Assembly: GCA_963827965.1 (NCBI GenBank)
Contig: CAWHCW010000018.1
Coordinates: 188,198 to 252,197, forward strand
Direction of reading: 5' to 3'
Source of the DNA: an uncultured Chloroflexia bacterium
Lineage (GTDB): Bacteria > Chloroflexota > Limnocylindria > Limnocylindrales > CSP1-4
DNA: 64,000 nucleotides
Numbering within the stretch: position 1 is the first letter of the stretch; each line of letters starts with the position of its first letter. The notes beneath the pieces are model-generated. The model made no database searches. It was not told the DNA's origin and saw only the letters and a program-made list of their open reading frames with translations. Position numbers and translations under genes: made by a program. Below, piece by piece: positions 1 through 10,702 of the stretch.

Positions 1-1346
1 GCCGCCTTCCCGGCCTGGCGGGACATGCCCCTCATCGCCCGCAGCCAGGTCTTCTTCGCCTTCCGCGAGCTGATGTGGCAGCACCGCCGGGAGCTGGCCG
101 AGCTCATCACCCGCGACCACGGCAAGACCTTCCCCGACGCCTTCGCCGAGGTGACCCGGGGGATCGAGACGGTCGAGTTCGCCTGCGGCCTGCCCGTCCA
201 CCTGGCCGGCATGATGACCCCCAACGTGGCCACCAGGCGTCGACGCCTTCACCCTCCGCGCGGCCGCTCGGGGTGACGGCCGCCATCACCCCCTTCAACT
301 TCCCGGCCATGGTCCCCCTCTGGATCTACCCGATCGCGATGGCCTGCGGCAACACGATGGTCCTGAAGCCGTCGTCCCACACCCCCGGGGCGACCCAGCT
401 GCAGGCCGAGCTGTGGAAGGAGGCCGGCCTCCCCGACGGCGTCTTCAACGTCGTCTACGGCGGCCGGGAGGCGGTGACCGCCATCGTCGAGCACCCCGAC
501 ATCCGGGCCATCCAGTTCGTCGGCTCGACCGCGGTCGGGCGCTACGTCTACGAGACCGGCACCCGGCTCGGCAAGCGGGTCGGCGCCTACACCAGCGCCA
601 AGAACGCCATGGTCGTCCTGCCCGACGCCGACATGGAGCTGACCGCCGACGCCGCGGTCGCCGCGGGCTTCGGCTCCGCCGGCGAGCGCTGCATGGCCCA
701 GACCCTCCTGATCGCGGTCGGCGACACGGCCGAGCGCCTGCGGCCCCTCATCCTCGAGCGGATCGCGAAGCTCAAGGTCGGCCCCGGCATGGAGCCCGGC
801 GTGGACATGGGCCCGATCTACACCAAGGAGCACCGCGCGTCGGTCATCGGCTGGATCGACCGGGGCTGCGCCGAGGGGGCCGAGCTCGTCGTCGACGGCC
901 GGCCCTTCGTCCACCCCACCAACCCCGACGGCTTCTTCCTCGGCGTCAGCCTCTTCGACCACGTGACCCCCGAGATGGACATCTACAAGGAGGAGATCTT
1001 CGGGCCGGTCCTCGGCATCGTCCACGCCGCGACCTACGACGAGGCCCTCGGCCTCGTCAACGGCCACAAGTACGCCAACGGGACGGCCATCTTCACGACC
1101 GACGGCGGCGCCGCCCGGCGCTTCAAGCTCGAGGTCGAGGTGCCGATGATCGGGGTCAACGTCCCGATCCCGGTCCCCGCCGGCTACCTCTCCTTCGGGG
1201 GAGCCAAGGAGTCGGCCCTCGGCGACCTGGCCATGCGCGGCGAGGACGGGATCCGCTTCTTCACCCAGCAGAAGATGGTCACCGAGCGCTGGCCGGAGCC
1301 CGGCCGCCGCGGCGCCCTGTCCCTGGTCTTCCCGGGCAACAGCTGA
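1..1346 (+). CDS. mmsA: methylmalonate-semialdehyde dehydrogenase (CoA-acylating); 5' end outside the window; frame broken twice near 235 and 260
   Basis: ALDH-family translation with ITPFNFPAMVPLW, FVGSTAVGRYVY, EEIFGPVLG and VNVPIPVPAGYLSFGGAKES. The N-terminal part is in frame 1 (ORF 25..276), GVDAFTLR is in frame 2, and the rest is in frame 3 (ORF 75..1346). Confidence 0.85.
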   Translation, partial: RLPGLAGHAPHRPQPGLLRLPRADVAAPPGAGRAHHPRPRQDLPRRLRRGDPGDRDGRVRLRPARPPGRHDDPQRGHQASTPSPSARPLGVTAAITPFNFPAMVPLWIYPIAMACGNTMVLKPSSHTPGATQLQAELWKEAGLPDGVFNVVYGGREAVTAIVEHPDIRAIQFVGSTAVGRYVYETGTRLGKRVGAYTSAKNAMVVLPDADMELTADAAVAAGFGSAGERCMAQTLLIAVGDTAERLRPLILERIAKLKVGPGMEPGVDMGPIYTKEHRASVIGWIDRGCAEGAELVVDGRPFVHPTNPDGFFLGVSLFDHVTPEMDIYKEEIFGPVLGIVHAATYDEALGLVNGHKYANGTAIFTTDGGAARRFKLEVEVPMIGVNVPIPVPAGYLSFGGAKESALGDLAMRGEDGIRFFTQQKMVTERWPEPGRRGALSLVFPGNS

Positions 1347-1365
1347 GCACGCCTCCCCCCAGGAG

Positions 1366-1401
1366 CCCCGCCGCCCGCCCACGCCCGGGCTGGCGGCGGG
1401 G
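1366..1401 (+). terminator. GC-rich hairpin after mmsA
   Basis: Perfect 10-bp inverted repeat CCCCGCCGCC / GGCGGCGGGG with a 16-nt loop, 20 nt after the mmsA stop. No clear U-tract. Confidence 0.35.
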
Positions 1402-1424
1402 ACTCTCTCCCACGAGAGGTTGCC

Positions 1425-2339
1425 GTGGTCACGACGCGCGCCCTTCCGGTCGCCCTGGGGCCGGTCGGGATCTGGGCGAGCCTCGACGCCATCCCGGTGG
1501 ACGAGGTCCTGCGCTTCGCCGCGTCGGTCGAGGACCTCGGCTTCCCGACCCTCTGGATCAACGAGTCGGCCGGGCGGGAGCCGTTCGCGGTCCTGGGCGC
1601 CCTGGCCCGCGCCACGGCGCGCCTGACCCTGGGACTCGGAATCGCCTCGATCTACGCTCGCGACGCGGCGGCTGCGCACGCCGGTGCCCGAACGATCGCG
1701 GACCTCTCCGGCGGTCGCTTCGTCATGGGCCTCGGCGTCTCGCACCGCTCGTCGGTCGGCGCCCGCGGGCACGAGTACGGCCCGCCGGTGGCGGCCATGA
1801 GCGCCTACCTCGACGCCTACGAAACCGCGGCCTGGACGGGCCCCGTGGTCGGAGACCCGCCGCTCGTCCTGGCGGCCCTTGGTCCGCGCATGATCGCCCT
1901 CGCCGCCGCCCGCACCGGCGGAGCATTCCCCTTCCTCGTCACGCCCGCCCACGTCCGCGAAGCGCGTCGCGCGCTCGACGCCGCAGCCGATGCCGCGGGG
2001 CGGCCCGAACGCCCGCTGCTCGTGGTGTCGCTGCCCGCCATCCTCGGGAGCGGCCTCGAGGTCGAGGCGGCCGCCCGCGCCTCGATCGCCCGCTATCTCG
2101 GCCAGCCGAACTACCGCGCCAACCTCCTCCGCGGCGGGATCACCGCCGAGGAGATGGACGCGCTCCCCGATTCGCTCGTCCACGCTCTCGTGGCGACCGG
2201 CGACGCGGCCGACCTCCGCGCCCGGATCGCCGGGATGCAGGCGGCTGGAGCCGACCACGTGGCGGTGATCCCCCTCTCGCCTGCCGGGCGCCAGGCGGAC
2301 GTCGCAACGGCCCGCGCCATTGCCCCCGGCGGGGCTTGA
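1425..2339 (+). CDS. LLM-class (luciferase-like) F420-dependent oxidoreductase
   Basis: Intact 304-aa ORF with a GTG start preceded by GAGAGG. The TIM-barrel LLM-like translation includes WINESAGREPF and GRFVMGLGVSH. Confidence 0.75.
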   Translation: MVTTRALPVALGPVGIWASLDAIPVDEVLRFAASVEDLGFPTLWINESAGREPFAVLGALARATARLTLGLGIASIYARDAAAAHAGARTIADLSGGRFVMGLGVSHRSSVGARGHEYGPPVAAMSAYLDAYETAAWTGPVVGDPPLVLAALGPRMIALAAARTGGAFPFLVTPAHVREARRALDAAADAAGRPERPLLVVSLPAILGSGLEVEAAARASIARYLGQPNYRANLLRGGITAEEMDALPDSLVHALVATGDAADLRARIAGMQAAGADHVAVIPLSPAGRQADVATARAIAPGGA

Positions 2340-2375
2340 CGCCGTATTGCAGCCTCCATATCATCGATAATCGAT
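2336..2375 (+). promoter_or_regulatory. sigma-A-like promoter with adjacent repeated ATCGAT hexamers, upstream of the cupin/transketolase genes
   Basis: TTGACG (2336-2341), 17-nt spacer, TATCAT (2359-2364). ATCGATAATCGAT (2363-2375) overlaps the -10 element. This is a locally AT-richer patch in a GC-rich context. Confidence 0.3.
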
Positions 2376-2437
2376 TGCCACTCCGCCGGATCGGCGTCCA
2401 GCGTGGCCGGCGGCCGCGAACTCAGGTGAGGTGCCCG

Positions 2438-2806
2438 ATGATCAAGCGAGTGGCGCGAGCCGAGGCGGAGCTGTATCCGCTGCCCGGCCGCGACTGGTTC
2501 ACCTACATCGGGCCCCAGAACACGCCGACCGAGCGGGTCTCCATGGGCGTCTCGGTCTTCCCGCCCGGCAGCAAGCCGGCCGGGCATGTCCACGACACGC
2601 AGGAGGAGACCATCTACTGCGCCGGGGGACGCGGCCGCATCGTGACCCCCGAGGCGACTGCCGAGGTCGAGGCCGGCGTGACCGTCTGGGTCCCGGTCGG
2701 CACCGTCCACGCGACGGAGTCCGACGGCCCCGAGCCGCTGGAGCTCGTCTGCTTCTTCTCCCCGCCGGTGGTGCCCGGCTCGTACGAGAAGAAGGGCCAG
2801 TCGTGA
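2438..2806 (+). CDS. cupin domain protein
   Basis: ATG preceded by AGGTGAGG. The 122-aa translation has cupin motifs GHVHDTQEETIY and VWVPVGTVHA. Confidence 0.75.
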   Translation: MIKRVARAEAELYPLPGRDWFTYIGPQNTPTERVSMGVSVFPPGSKPAGHVHDTQEETIYCAGGRGRIVTPEATAEVEAGVTVWVPVGTVHATESDGPEPLELVCFFSPPVVPGSYEKKGQS

Positions 2807-2854
2807 GCCGAGCCGCTCGTCGCCGGCGCCGACGCCGCCGAGGTCGCCCGCCTC

Positions 2855-3702
2855 GTGGAGATCGCCCGGCAGATCCGGGTCGAGGTCATCAAGTCCGTCT
2901 ACCACGCGCGGGCCGGCCACCTCGGCGGTCCGCTCTCGGCCGCCGACCTGCTGGCGGCGCTCTACTTCCACGTCATGCGCATCCGGCCGGATGAGCCGGC
3001 GTGGCCCGACCGCGACCGCTTCATCCTCTCCAAGGGCCATTCGTCGATCGGCCTCTACGCCGCGATGGCCCTCCGCGGCTACTTCCCGGTGGAGGAGCTG
3101 CGCGACCTTCGACGCGGCGCACTCGCGCCTCCAGGGCCACCCGGACATGACCCGCCTGCCCGGCCTCGACATGTCGACCGGCTCGCTCGGCATGGGCATC
3201 TCGGCCGGGATGGGCATGGCCCTCGGCGCGCGCCTGACGGGACGCCCCAGCCGGGCCTACGTCATGCTCGGCGACGGCGAGTGCCAGGAGGGCGAGGTCT
3301 GGGAGGCGGCCATGTCGGCGGCCCGCTACGGCCTCGACAACCTCGTCGCGATCGTCGACCACAACAAGCTCCAGCAGTACGGCTGGCCCGGCGACGGACC
3401 GGACGGCCGGACGCCGCCCGAGGCTCCCGGCGAGCTCGTCGCCAAGTGGACCGCCTTCGGCTGGCGGGTGCTCGAGGTCGACGGCCACGACATCGCCGAC
3501 ATCCTGCGCGTGCTCGACGAGGCCAGCCGCGGCGACGGCCGGCCGGTCGCGATCATCGCCCACACGGTCAAGGGCAAGGGCGTCTCCTACATGGAGGGCC
3601 ACTACTACTGGCATACCCGCGCCATCAAGCCGGAGGAGTTCGAGACGGCGATGGCCGACCTGGGCGAGCCTCTCCCGGCCAGCCGAAGGAGAGCCGCGAT
3701 GA
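2855..3702 (+). CDS. transketolase, N-terminal (TPP-binding) subunit; frame break near 3105; 3' end uncertain
   Basis: Translation includes AGHLGGPLSAADLLAALYF, SKGHSSIGLYA, GHPDM..DMSTGSLGMG and GDGECQEGEVWEA. It switches from the frame of ORF 2855.. to that of ORF 2991.. . As assembled there is no stop before the next gene; a TGA at 3700-3702 exists in the +1 frame. Confidence 0.8.
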
Positions 3703-4644
3703 CGCTGCCGATGGGACGGGCCATGCGGGAGATCTTCGGCGAGACCGTCGCGGAGCTGGCGAACGACGACCCGCGGATCGTCATGCTCGACGGCGACGTC
3801 GGCAGCTCGACGCGGGCCGACATCTTCGAGAAGGCCCACCCGGACCGCTACCTCCAGATGGGAATCGCCGAGCAGAACATGCTCGGCGTGGCCGCCGGGC
3901 TGGCGACGATGGGCCTGATCCCGTTCATCAGCACCTTCGTCTCCTTCGCCGTCGTCCGGCCCCTCGACCAGATCCGGGTCCTCATCGCCCAGACGGGGCT
4001 CAACGTGAAGATCACCCCGGGCTACGCCGGGCTCTTCACCGGCCAGACGGGGATGAGCCACATCATCGTCGACGACATGTCGATCATGCGGGCGATGCCG
4101 GGCATGGTCACGGTCGTCCCCCGCCGACGACGTCGAGGCCCGCGAGGTCCTGCGCTGGGCCGCGGCCTACGACGGCCCGTGCTACGTCCGCCTCGTGCGC
4201 GATGCGACACAGCGCTTCTTCGGCGACGACTACCGCTTCGTGTTCGGCAAGGCGGTCACGGTCCGCGAGGGTCGCGACGTGACGCTCTTCAGCACGGGGA
4301 CGCAGATGCCCCGGGTCGTCGACGCGGCCGACCTCCTGGCGGCGGACGGCATCGACGCCCACGTCGTCCACGTCCCGACGATCAAGCCGCTCGACGTCGA
4401 GGCGATCGTCGTCGCCGCCGAGCGGACCGGGCGGGTGATCACCGTCGAGGAGCATTCCGTCATCGGCGGTCTGGGCGGCGCGGTGGCCGAGGCGCTCTCG
4501 GAGCACCGCCCGACGCGGGTCAACCGGATCGGGCTCCAGGACCTCTATCCGCAGTCCGGGCCCAATGACGCCCTGCTCGAGATCTACGGCCTCTCCGCGG
4601 CACGCGTGGCGGACCAGGTGCGCGCCATCCTGCGCTCCGCCTGA
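3699..4644 (+). CDS. transketolase, C-terminal (pyrimidine-binding) subunit; frame break near 4118
   Basis: ATG 3699 preceded by GAAGGAGAG. Translation includes MGIAEQNMLGVAAGLA, PGYAGLFTGQTGMSH and EEHSVIGGLGGAV. An extra C in the CCCCC run (4116-4120) moves the frame to that of ORF 4195..4644. Confidence 0.8.
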
Positions 4645-4692
4645 CGTCCGGGGGGCCGACCGCGGCCGGGCACGTCGCGAGCGGCGCGGTCG

Positions 4693-5400
4693 TCAGCCCG
4701 GTCGGCCGCGGTCCCCCGCGTCGCGCCGGGCGGCGCCGGCTGCGTCGTCCTCCCAGCCGCCCGCCAGGTGGGCGCCGGCCTCCTCGAAATGGCGGCGCAG
4801 GGCCGCCGCAACCTGGTCGGGGTCGCGGGTGCGCAGGGCGCGCAGGATCGACGGATGCAGGTCCGCCGTCCAGTGCGCGTCGGCCCCGGGCGCGACGAGG
4901 GTGATGTAGGTCCGCGAGAACGGCTCGAGCGACCGCCAGACCCGCTGCAGGGTCCTGTTGCCGGCGAGCGCGAGCAGCCGGGCGTGGAAGCTCGCGTCGG
5001 CCACCGCCACCTCGTGGCGGTCGCCCGTCGCGGCGGCCCGCTGCATCTCCGCGCCGAGCGCCTCGAGGTCGGCCAGGTCGGCGTCGGTCATCCGGGGAAC
5101 GCCGAGGCGCGCCCCGAGCGCCTCCAGCTCCGAGCGGACGGCATACGCCTCCAGCAGCTCCGGCGTCGTCGGCCGGCGCACGCGCGCACCCCGGAACGGC
5201 AGGATCTCCACCACGCCGAGCGCCTCGAGGCCGCGGAGCGCCTCGCGCACCGGGGCCTGGCTCGTGCCGAGCTCCCGCGCTACCCGTGTCTCGACGATCC
5301 GCGAATCGGGTGGGTACCGGCCGGCGAGGATGTCCTGGAGGAGGCGGTCCTTGACCTGGTCCGCCAGGACGCTGCGCGAGACGGCGCTGTCGTCGGACAT
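4693..5400 (-). CDS. GntR-family (FadR/FCD subfamily) transcriptional regulator
   Basis: Intact 235-aa ORF. N-terminal winged HTH (RIVETRVARELGTSQAPVREALRGLE) followed by a helical FCD-like domain. GAGGAG SD. Confidence 0.85.
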   Translation of the reverse strand: MSDDSAVSRSVLADQVKDRLLQDILAGRYPPDSRIVETRVARELGTSQAPVREALRGLEALGVVEILPFRGARVRRPTTPELLEAYAVRSELEALGARLGVPRMTDADLADLEALGAEMQRAAATGDRHEVAVADASFHARLLALAGNRTLQRVWRSLEPFSRTYITLVAPGADAHWTADLHPSILRALRTRDPDQVAAALRRHFEEAGAHLAGGWEDDAAGAARRDAGDRGRPG

Positions 5401-5451
5401 CTGGGCTCCTCTGTCGTCGGGGCGCTGGTAAGTCTAGCGCGCGGCGCCGGG

Positions 5452-5985
5452 TCAGCCGTCGGCGGTCTCGAGAGCCCGCACGGCCATCGCCCAGGCGGCC
5501 TCGTCGGCGAGCGGGGCCATGCGGCTCACCGCGAACTCGATCTGGCGCATGCACCGCTCCCGCCAGATGCCGCCGGCGATGAAGGCCTCGTGCTGGCCCG
5601 GAGCCCGCAGGTCGTACCCGATGAGATCGCGGCAGTCGATGGCACCGTGTTCCGCACCGAACGCGTCCATCAGGCCGGCCACCAGCAGGCGCGCGACCCG
5701 CTTCGCGGCACGATGGTCGTCGATGCGTCGGTCGGCCAGCATCCCCACGGCCAGCGCCGCCCCGGAGATCGCACCGCAGGCGCCGCCGCTGTAGGCCACG
5801 CCGCCGTTGAGCGCCATGGCCGCAGACGCGTCCATCGGGTTCTCGAAGCCGTAGGCGCCCTTCAGGACGATGAAGGTCGTCTCGGCGCACCCGAACTGGT
5901 TGCGATCGTCCAGGAAGTACGCCCGGGCAAGGGCGGCCGCGGCGCTCGCGGACGAGCGGTTCGCGGAGGAGTCGGCGTCGACCAT
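5452..5985 (-). CDS. C_GCAxxG_C_C family protein
   Basis: FGCAETT plus later GGACG and CR..CM cysteine motifs. I prefer the internal ATG at 5985 over the ORF-track start at 6051. Confidence 0.65.
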   Translation of the reverse strand: MVDADSSANRSSASAAAALARAYFLDDRNQFGCAETTFIVLKGAYGFENPMDASAAMALNGGVAYSGGACGAISGAALAVGMLADRRIDDHRAAKRVARLLVAGLMDAFGAEHGAIDCRDLIGYDLRAPGQHEAFIAGGIWRERCMRQIEFAVSRMAPLADEAAWAMAVRALETADG

Positions 5986-6069
5986 GGGTGCAATCCTACC
6001 GCCGAGGCTGCCCTCTTCGCGGCGCTTGCGGCGCCCTGCGCGACTGAGCACAGTCCTGCAAGATCATGC

Positions 6070-6075
6070 TAGAAT
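6070..6075 (+). promoter_or_regulatory. extended -10 element (TGcTAGAAT) just upstream of the DeoR gene
   Basis: TAGAAT at 6070-6075 with TG at 6067-6068, 9 nt before ATG 6085. Implies a leaderless or very short leader mRNA. Confidence 0.3.
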
Positions 6076-6084
6076 TTGCGCGAG

Positions 6085-6888
6085 ATGGGGAACGTCCTGC
6101 CCGCTGACCACGCCCAGTCCCCGGCCCACGACCTCGCGGCGCGCCGCCGCCAGCGGCTCGGCCTGATCGTGGACTCGCGACGCGCCGTCCGCCTCGAGGA
6201 GCTGAGCGCGGCCCTCGGCGTGTCGCAGGCGACCGTGCGCCGCGACCTCGACGCGCTGGCCGCCACCGGTCGCCTGCGACGGGTGCACGGGGGCGCCGTC
6301 GCCGTGGACGAGCGCCTCGACGAGCCACCGTTCGACGCGAAGGCCGGGGCGGCGGCCGCGGAGAAGCTCCGGATCGCCGCGCGGGCGGTCGAGCTGCTCG
6401 AGCAGGACGACACGGTCTACCTCGACAGCGGGAGCACCGTCCTCGCCGCCGCCCGCCTCCTCCACGGCTGGTCGCGCCTGACCGTCGTGACGAACAGCCT
6501 GCCGGCCGCGGCCGAGCTCGCCGGGCGTGGACCGCGCCTCATCGTGATCGGCGGCGAGCTGCGGACGACCAGCCGGGCCCTGGTCGGGCCGCTGACCCGC
6601 CTGGTGCTCGAGGACCTCCACGTGGACCGGGCCCTGATGGGAACGTTCGCCCTCTCGCTCGAGGACGGGCTGACCACGACCGACCCGTCCGAGGGGTACA
6701 CCAAGCAGCTGGTCCTGGGACGGGCCCGCGAGGTGATCCTCCTGGCCGACAGCAGCAAGCTGGGCAAGCGCTCGTTCGCCGCCGCCGGACGCCTCGACGA
6801 GGTCGACGTCCTGGTCACGGACACGGGCATCGACGACCGCACCGCGCGGACCCTCAAGCGACGCGGCATCCGCGTCATCACCGCATGA
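6085..6888 (+). CDS. DeoR-family transcriptional regulator
   Basis: HTH ([22 protein letters not shown]) plus a DeoR C-terminal sugar-phosphate sensor domain. Intact. Alternative TTG start at 6076. Confidence 0.85.
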   Translation: MGNVLPADHAQSPAHDLAARRRQRLGLIVDSRRAVRLEELSAALGVSQATVRRDLDALAATGRLRRVHGGAVAVDERLDEPPFDAKAGAAAAEKLRIAARAVELLEQDDTVYLDSGSTVLAAARLLHGWSRLTVVTNSLPAAAELAGRGPRLIVIGGELRTTSRALVGPLTRLVLEDLHVDRALMGTFALSLEDGLTTTDPSEGYTKQLVLGRAREVILLADSSKLGKRSFAAAGRLDEVDVLVTDTGIDDRTARTLKRRGIRVITA

Positions 6889-6931
6889 AGACCCGCCCGG
6901 CGCAACGGGCATGAGCACCCGGAGGAGCACC

Positions 6932-9242
6932 ATGGCCGCCGAGCCGACCTACCGCAGCGACGCCCGACCTGACTTCGCACCGTTCGAGGAGTCCTGCGGG
7001 ACCATCACCGGGTTCGCCTATGCCGGCGATCTGGCGATCGGAGCTTGCGGCCGGTGGAATCGACGGCGCCGGGGCCCTCGACCTCCTCGACGACATGCTC
7101 GCGATCCGCGAGCTCGAGGAGATGATCGTCCGGCTGCGCTCGGGCGGCTACGACCCGCTGCCCGGCTACGACTACCGCGGTCCGACCCACGTGTCGATCG
7201 GCCAGGAGGGCACCGCCGTCGGCGCCACCTCCGCACTGCGGCCCGACGACAACGTCACGAGCTCCCACCGCGGCCACGGCGACGCGATCGCCAAGGGCTT
7301 TGCGGCGATCCGCCGGATGACCGAGCGAGGAGCTGCGGGCGCGCGTTCCGGGCATCGACCGCCGAGACCCGGGAGGAGCTCCTCGAGGCGGCTCTCGAGG
7401 AGCACGTCTACCGGGTCATCGCCGAGCTCTTCGGCAAGGAGGAGGGCTACAGCCGCGGGCGAGGCGGCGGGATGCACATCGGCGACTTCTCGACGGGCAA
7501 CCTGGGGGCCAACGCGATCGTCGGCGGCAGCGTGCCGATCGCGACCGGCGCGGCGATGGCGATCCGCTACGGGCAGTCCGATCGGGTCGTCTGCTGCTTC
7601 GCCGGCGACGGAGCGTACGCCAACGGGGTCGTCCTCGAGTCGCTCAACTGGGCGGCCCAGGACCAGTGGACCAACCACCTCGCCGGTGACCGGGCCCACG
7701 GGCTGCCGATCATCTTCCTCATCCAGAACAACCACTACGGGATGACCCACCGGACCGACGAGGAGGTCATGGGCGTGCGCCACCTCGCCCGCCGGGCGGC
7801 CGGCTTCGCCGGGGACAACATGCACGCCGAGGTCGTCAACGGGATGGACGTCCTCGCCGTGCGCGACGCCGTCGGGCGGGCGGCAGCCCTCTGCCGGGCC
7901 GGCCAGGGACCCGTCCTCGTCGAGGCCAGCACCTACCGCTACTACGGCCACTCCCTCTCCGACCCGCGGAACGAGTACCGGACCCGCGATGAGGAGGCCG
8001 CCTGGCGCGCCGTCGACCCGATCGAGCTCCTCAAGCGGCAGCTCGTGGAGGCCGGGGCGGCCGACGAGGCGGGCCTTGCCGCGGTCGAGTCCCGCGTCCG
8101 CGAGCGGAACGCCCGGGCCGCCGTCCGGGCGGCGACGGCCACGGATCCCGACCCGGCGGATGTCCTGCGCTACCTCTACACCGACACGGCCGCCGACGTC
8201 GTGCCGGCGGAGAGCCAGGTGGTCGCCACCTACGCCGAACCCCCGGTCGCGAAGCGCGACGCGAGCGGGGCCATCAGCTACAAGGACGCCCTCCGCGAGG
8301 CGCTCGTCGAGGAGATGGCCCGCGACGGCCGGGTCATCGTCTACGGCGAGGACGTGGCCGACTACGGCGGCGCGTTCAAGCTCACGAAGGGGCTCCTCGA
8401 GGCGTTCGGGCGACGAGCGCGTCTTCAACACGCCGATCTCCGAGGCCTGCATCTGCGGCACCGCGGTCGGCGCGGCGATCGTCGGCCTCCGGCCGGTGGT
8501 CGAGCTGATGTACATGGACTTCGCGCTGATGGCCTCCGACCAGATCGCCAACCAGGCCGCCAAGTGGCACTACATGAGCGGGGCCCAGGTCGAGGTGCCG
8601 CTCGTCATCCGGGCCTCGGTCGGCGCGGGCAAGGGCTACGGCGGCCAGCACTCCCAGTCGCTCGAGAGCGTCTTCACGCACATCCCCGGCCTGTACGTCG
8701 TCTACCCCGCCACGGCGACCGACGCGAAGGGGCTGCTCAAGTCCGCGATCCGGACCAACAACCCGGTCCTGTTCGTCGAGAGCCAGGGCCTCTACCCCGT
8801 GAAGGGCGTCGTGCCCGAGGAGGAGTACCTGGTCCCGATCGGCCAGGCCCGCGTCGCCCGCGAGGGCGCCGACGTGACGCTCGTCGGCTGGGGCCCGGCG
8901 GTGCCCGACTCGCTCGCCGCGGCCGAGACCGCTCGCGGCGGAGCACGGCGTCGCGGCCGAGGTGATCGACCTGCGCAGCCTCGTCCCGCTCGACATGGAG
9001 ACGGTCCTCGCCTCGGTCCGCAAGACCGGGCGCTGCGTCGTCGCCAGCCAGGCCGTCCTGGTCGGGCAGCTTCGTCAACGAGATCGTGGCCCGGATCCAG
9101 GTCGAGGCGTTCGACTACCTCGACGGCCCGGTCGGCCGGATCGGGGCGGCGAACGGCATCTCCCCGCAGGCCGAGAGCCTGGAGCGGGCGTTCCTGCCGA
9201 ACGCCGGCGACGTCGTCCGCGGCCGTCCTGGCCCTCCTGTAG
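6932..9242 (+). CDS. 2-oxoacid (pyruvate/acetoin/BCKA-type) dehydrogenase E1 with alpha and beta subunits fused; at least 6 frame breaks
   Basis: Alpha motifs: [31 protein letters not shown] and [11 protein letters not shown]. Without an intervening stop or Met, beta motifs follow: [36 protein letters not shown] and GGQHSQS. Frame changes near 7040, 7325, 7362, 8405, 8940, 9070 and 9215. GGAGGAG SD before ATG 6932. Confidence 0.8.
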
Positions 9243-9257
9243 CCGAGGCGCCCCGCC

Positions 9258-10589
9258 ATGGCCCACGCGATCCTGATGCCCAAGCCCGGCCAGATGACCG
9301 AGGAATGCACCATCATCGCCTGGCACAAGCGCGAGGGCGACCCGGTCGCCAGGGGTGACATCCTGTTCGAGATCGAGACCGACAAGTCGACCATGGAGGT
9401 CGAGTCGTTCGACGACGGCGTCCTCCTCCGGCGGCTGGTCGCCGAGGGCGACACGGTCCCGGTCAACACGATCTGCGCCTACGTGGGCAGACGTCGGCGA
9501 AGCGATCCCCGCGGAGGCGCCGGCCGCCGTCCCCTCCCCTGCCCCGCCAGCCCCGGCTCCCGATCCGGCGGTCGCGCCGGTCCCCGCCACACCGCCAGCC
9601 ATCTCGGTCGCTTCGGCGTTCGCCGCCCCGTCCTCCTCCGGGGCGGCGAACCCGGGCGAATCCCGCGTCCGCATCAGCCCGCGAGCCAGCCGGGCGGCAG
9701 CCGAGGCCGGCATCGACCCCCGCAGCATCGCCGGCACCGGTCCCGAGGGACGGATCACCGAGCGCGACGTGCGAGCGGCCATCGAGGCGCCGCCCGGCCC
9801 GTGCCGGTCGTCGCGGCGGATGCCGCGGCAGCCCCCCCGGTCCCTCGGGTCGCGCCCGCACCCGCCGCCGCTCCCTCGCCCGCGATCCCCGCCGACGGCG
9901 AGGAGGCGCCGCGACCGCTGAGCCGCATGCGCCGCGTCATCGCCGACCGGCTGACCCACAGCTGGACGTCCACCCCGCACTTCACGGTCACCGTGGCCGT
10001 CGACGTGACCGCCCTCCTCGCGCTCCGGGCGGAGCTCAAGGCCGGGGGCACGAACCTGACCGTCACGGACTTCGTCCTGGCCGCCACGGCCCAGACCCTG
10101 GCCGAGTTCCCGGACGTGAACTCGCGCACCGACGGGGTCTCGGTCTGGCCGCGCCGCCGGGTCCACCTCGGCCTGGCGGTCTCGCTCCCCGGCGGGCTCG
10201 TGGTGCCGGTCATCCGGGACGCCGACCGGCTGCCGATCGCCGAGCTCCACGACCGGGCCGCCGCCCTGGCCGCGAAGGCCCGCGAGGGCGCGCTCGCGGT
10301 CGACGACATGACCGGCAGCACCTTCACGGTCTCGAACCTCGGCATGTTCGGCGTCGAGGAGTTCAGCGCGATCATCAATCCCGGCGAGGCGGCGATCCTC
10401 GCGGTCGCCAGCGCCATCCCGACCGCGGTCGCCATCGGGGACGGCCTGGCGGTGCGCTCGATCATGAAGCTGACCCTCTCCGCGGACCATCGGCTGGTCG
10501 ATGGCGAGCTCGGGGCCCGGTTCCTGGGTGCGATCCGGCGCCGCCTCGAGGATTCCCTGGCCTTTCGCCAGGAGGCCCTCAACGCCTGA
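9258..10589 (+). CDS. dihydrolipoamide acyltransferase (E2) component; frame breaks near 9488 and 9795
   Basis: Lipoyl domain (EIETDKSTMEVES), E3/E1-binding domain (RISPRASRAAAEAGIDP..GTGPEGRITERDV) and catalytic domain (SADHRLVDG). Confidence 0.85.
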   Translation: MAHAILMPKPGQMTEECTIIAWHKREGDPVARGDILFEIETDKSTMEVESFDDGVLLRRLVAEGDTVPVNTICAYVGRRRRSDPRGGAGRRPLPCPASPGSRSGGRAGPRHTASHLGRFGVRRPVLLRGGEPGRIPRPHQPASQPGGSRGRHRPPQHRRHRSRGTDHRARRASGHRGAARPVPVVAADAAAAPPVPRVAPAPAAAPSPAIPADGEEAPRPLSRMRRVIADRLTHSWTSTPHFTVTVAVDVTALLALRAELKAGGTNLTVTDFVLAATAQTLAEFPDVNSRTDGVSVWPRRRVHLGLAVSLPGGLVVPVIRDADRLPIAELHDRAAALAAKAREGALAVDDMTGSTFTVSNLGMFGVEEFSAIINPGEAAILAVASAIPTAVAIGDGLAVRSIMKLTLSADHRLVDGELGARFLGAIRRRLEDSLAFRQEALNA

Positions 10590-10702
10590 CCCCGCTCCGG
10601 GACGACCTGGACGAGGCCGCGGGTTCGCAGACCGCGCGTGACACGCGGGGAGGCGCGCGCGAGGTGGAGGCGCTCACTCCCGGGAGACAGGTGGCACGGG
10701 AC

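Noticed and set aside
249-2258. Long antisense ORFs opposite clearly homologous genes, for example 249..2258(-), 23872..25341(-), 26601..27866(-), 52587..54545(-) and 48569..50350(+).
   Set aside because: Low-complexity R/G/P/A/D-rich translations with no motifs, mirroring the codon structure of the real gene on the other strand. This is a classic high-GC artefact.
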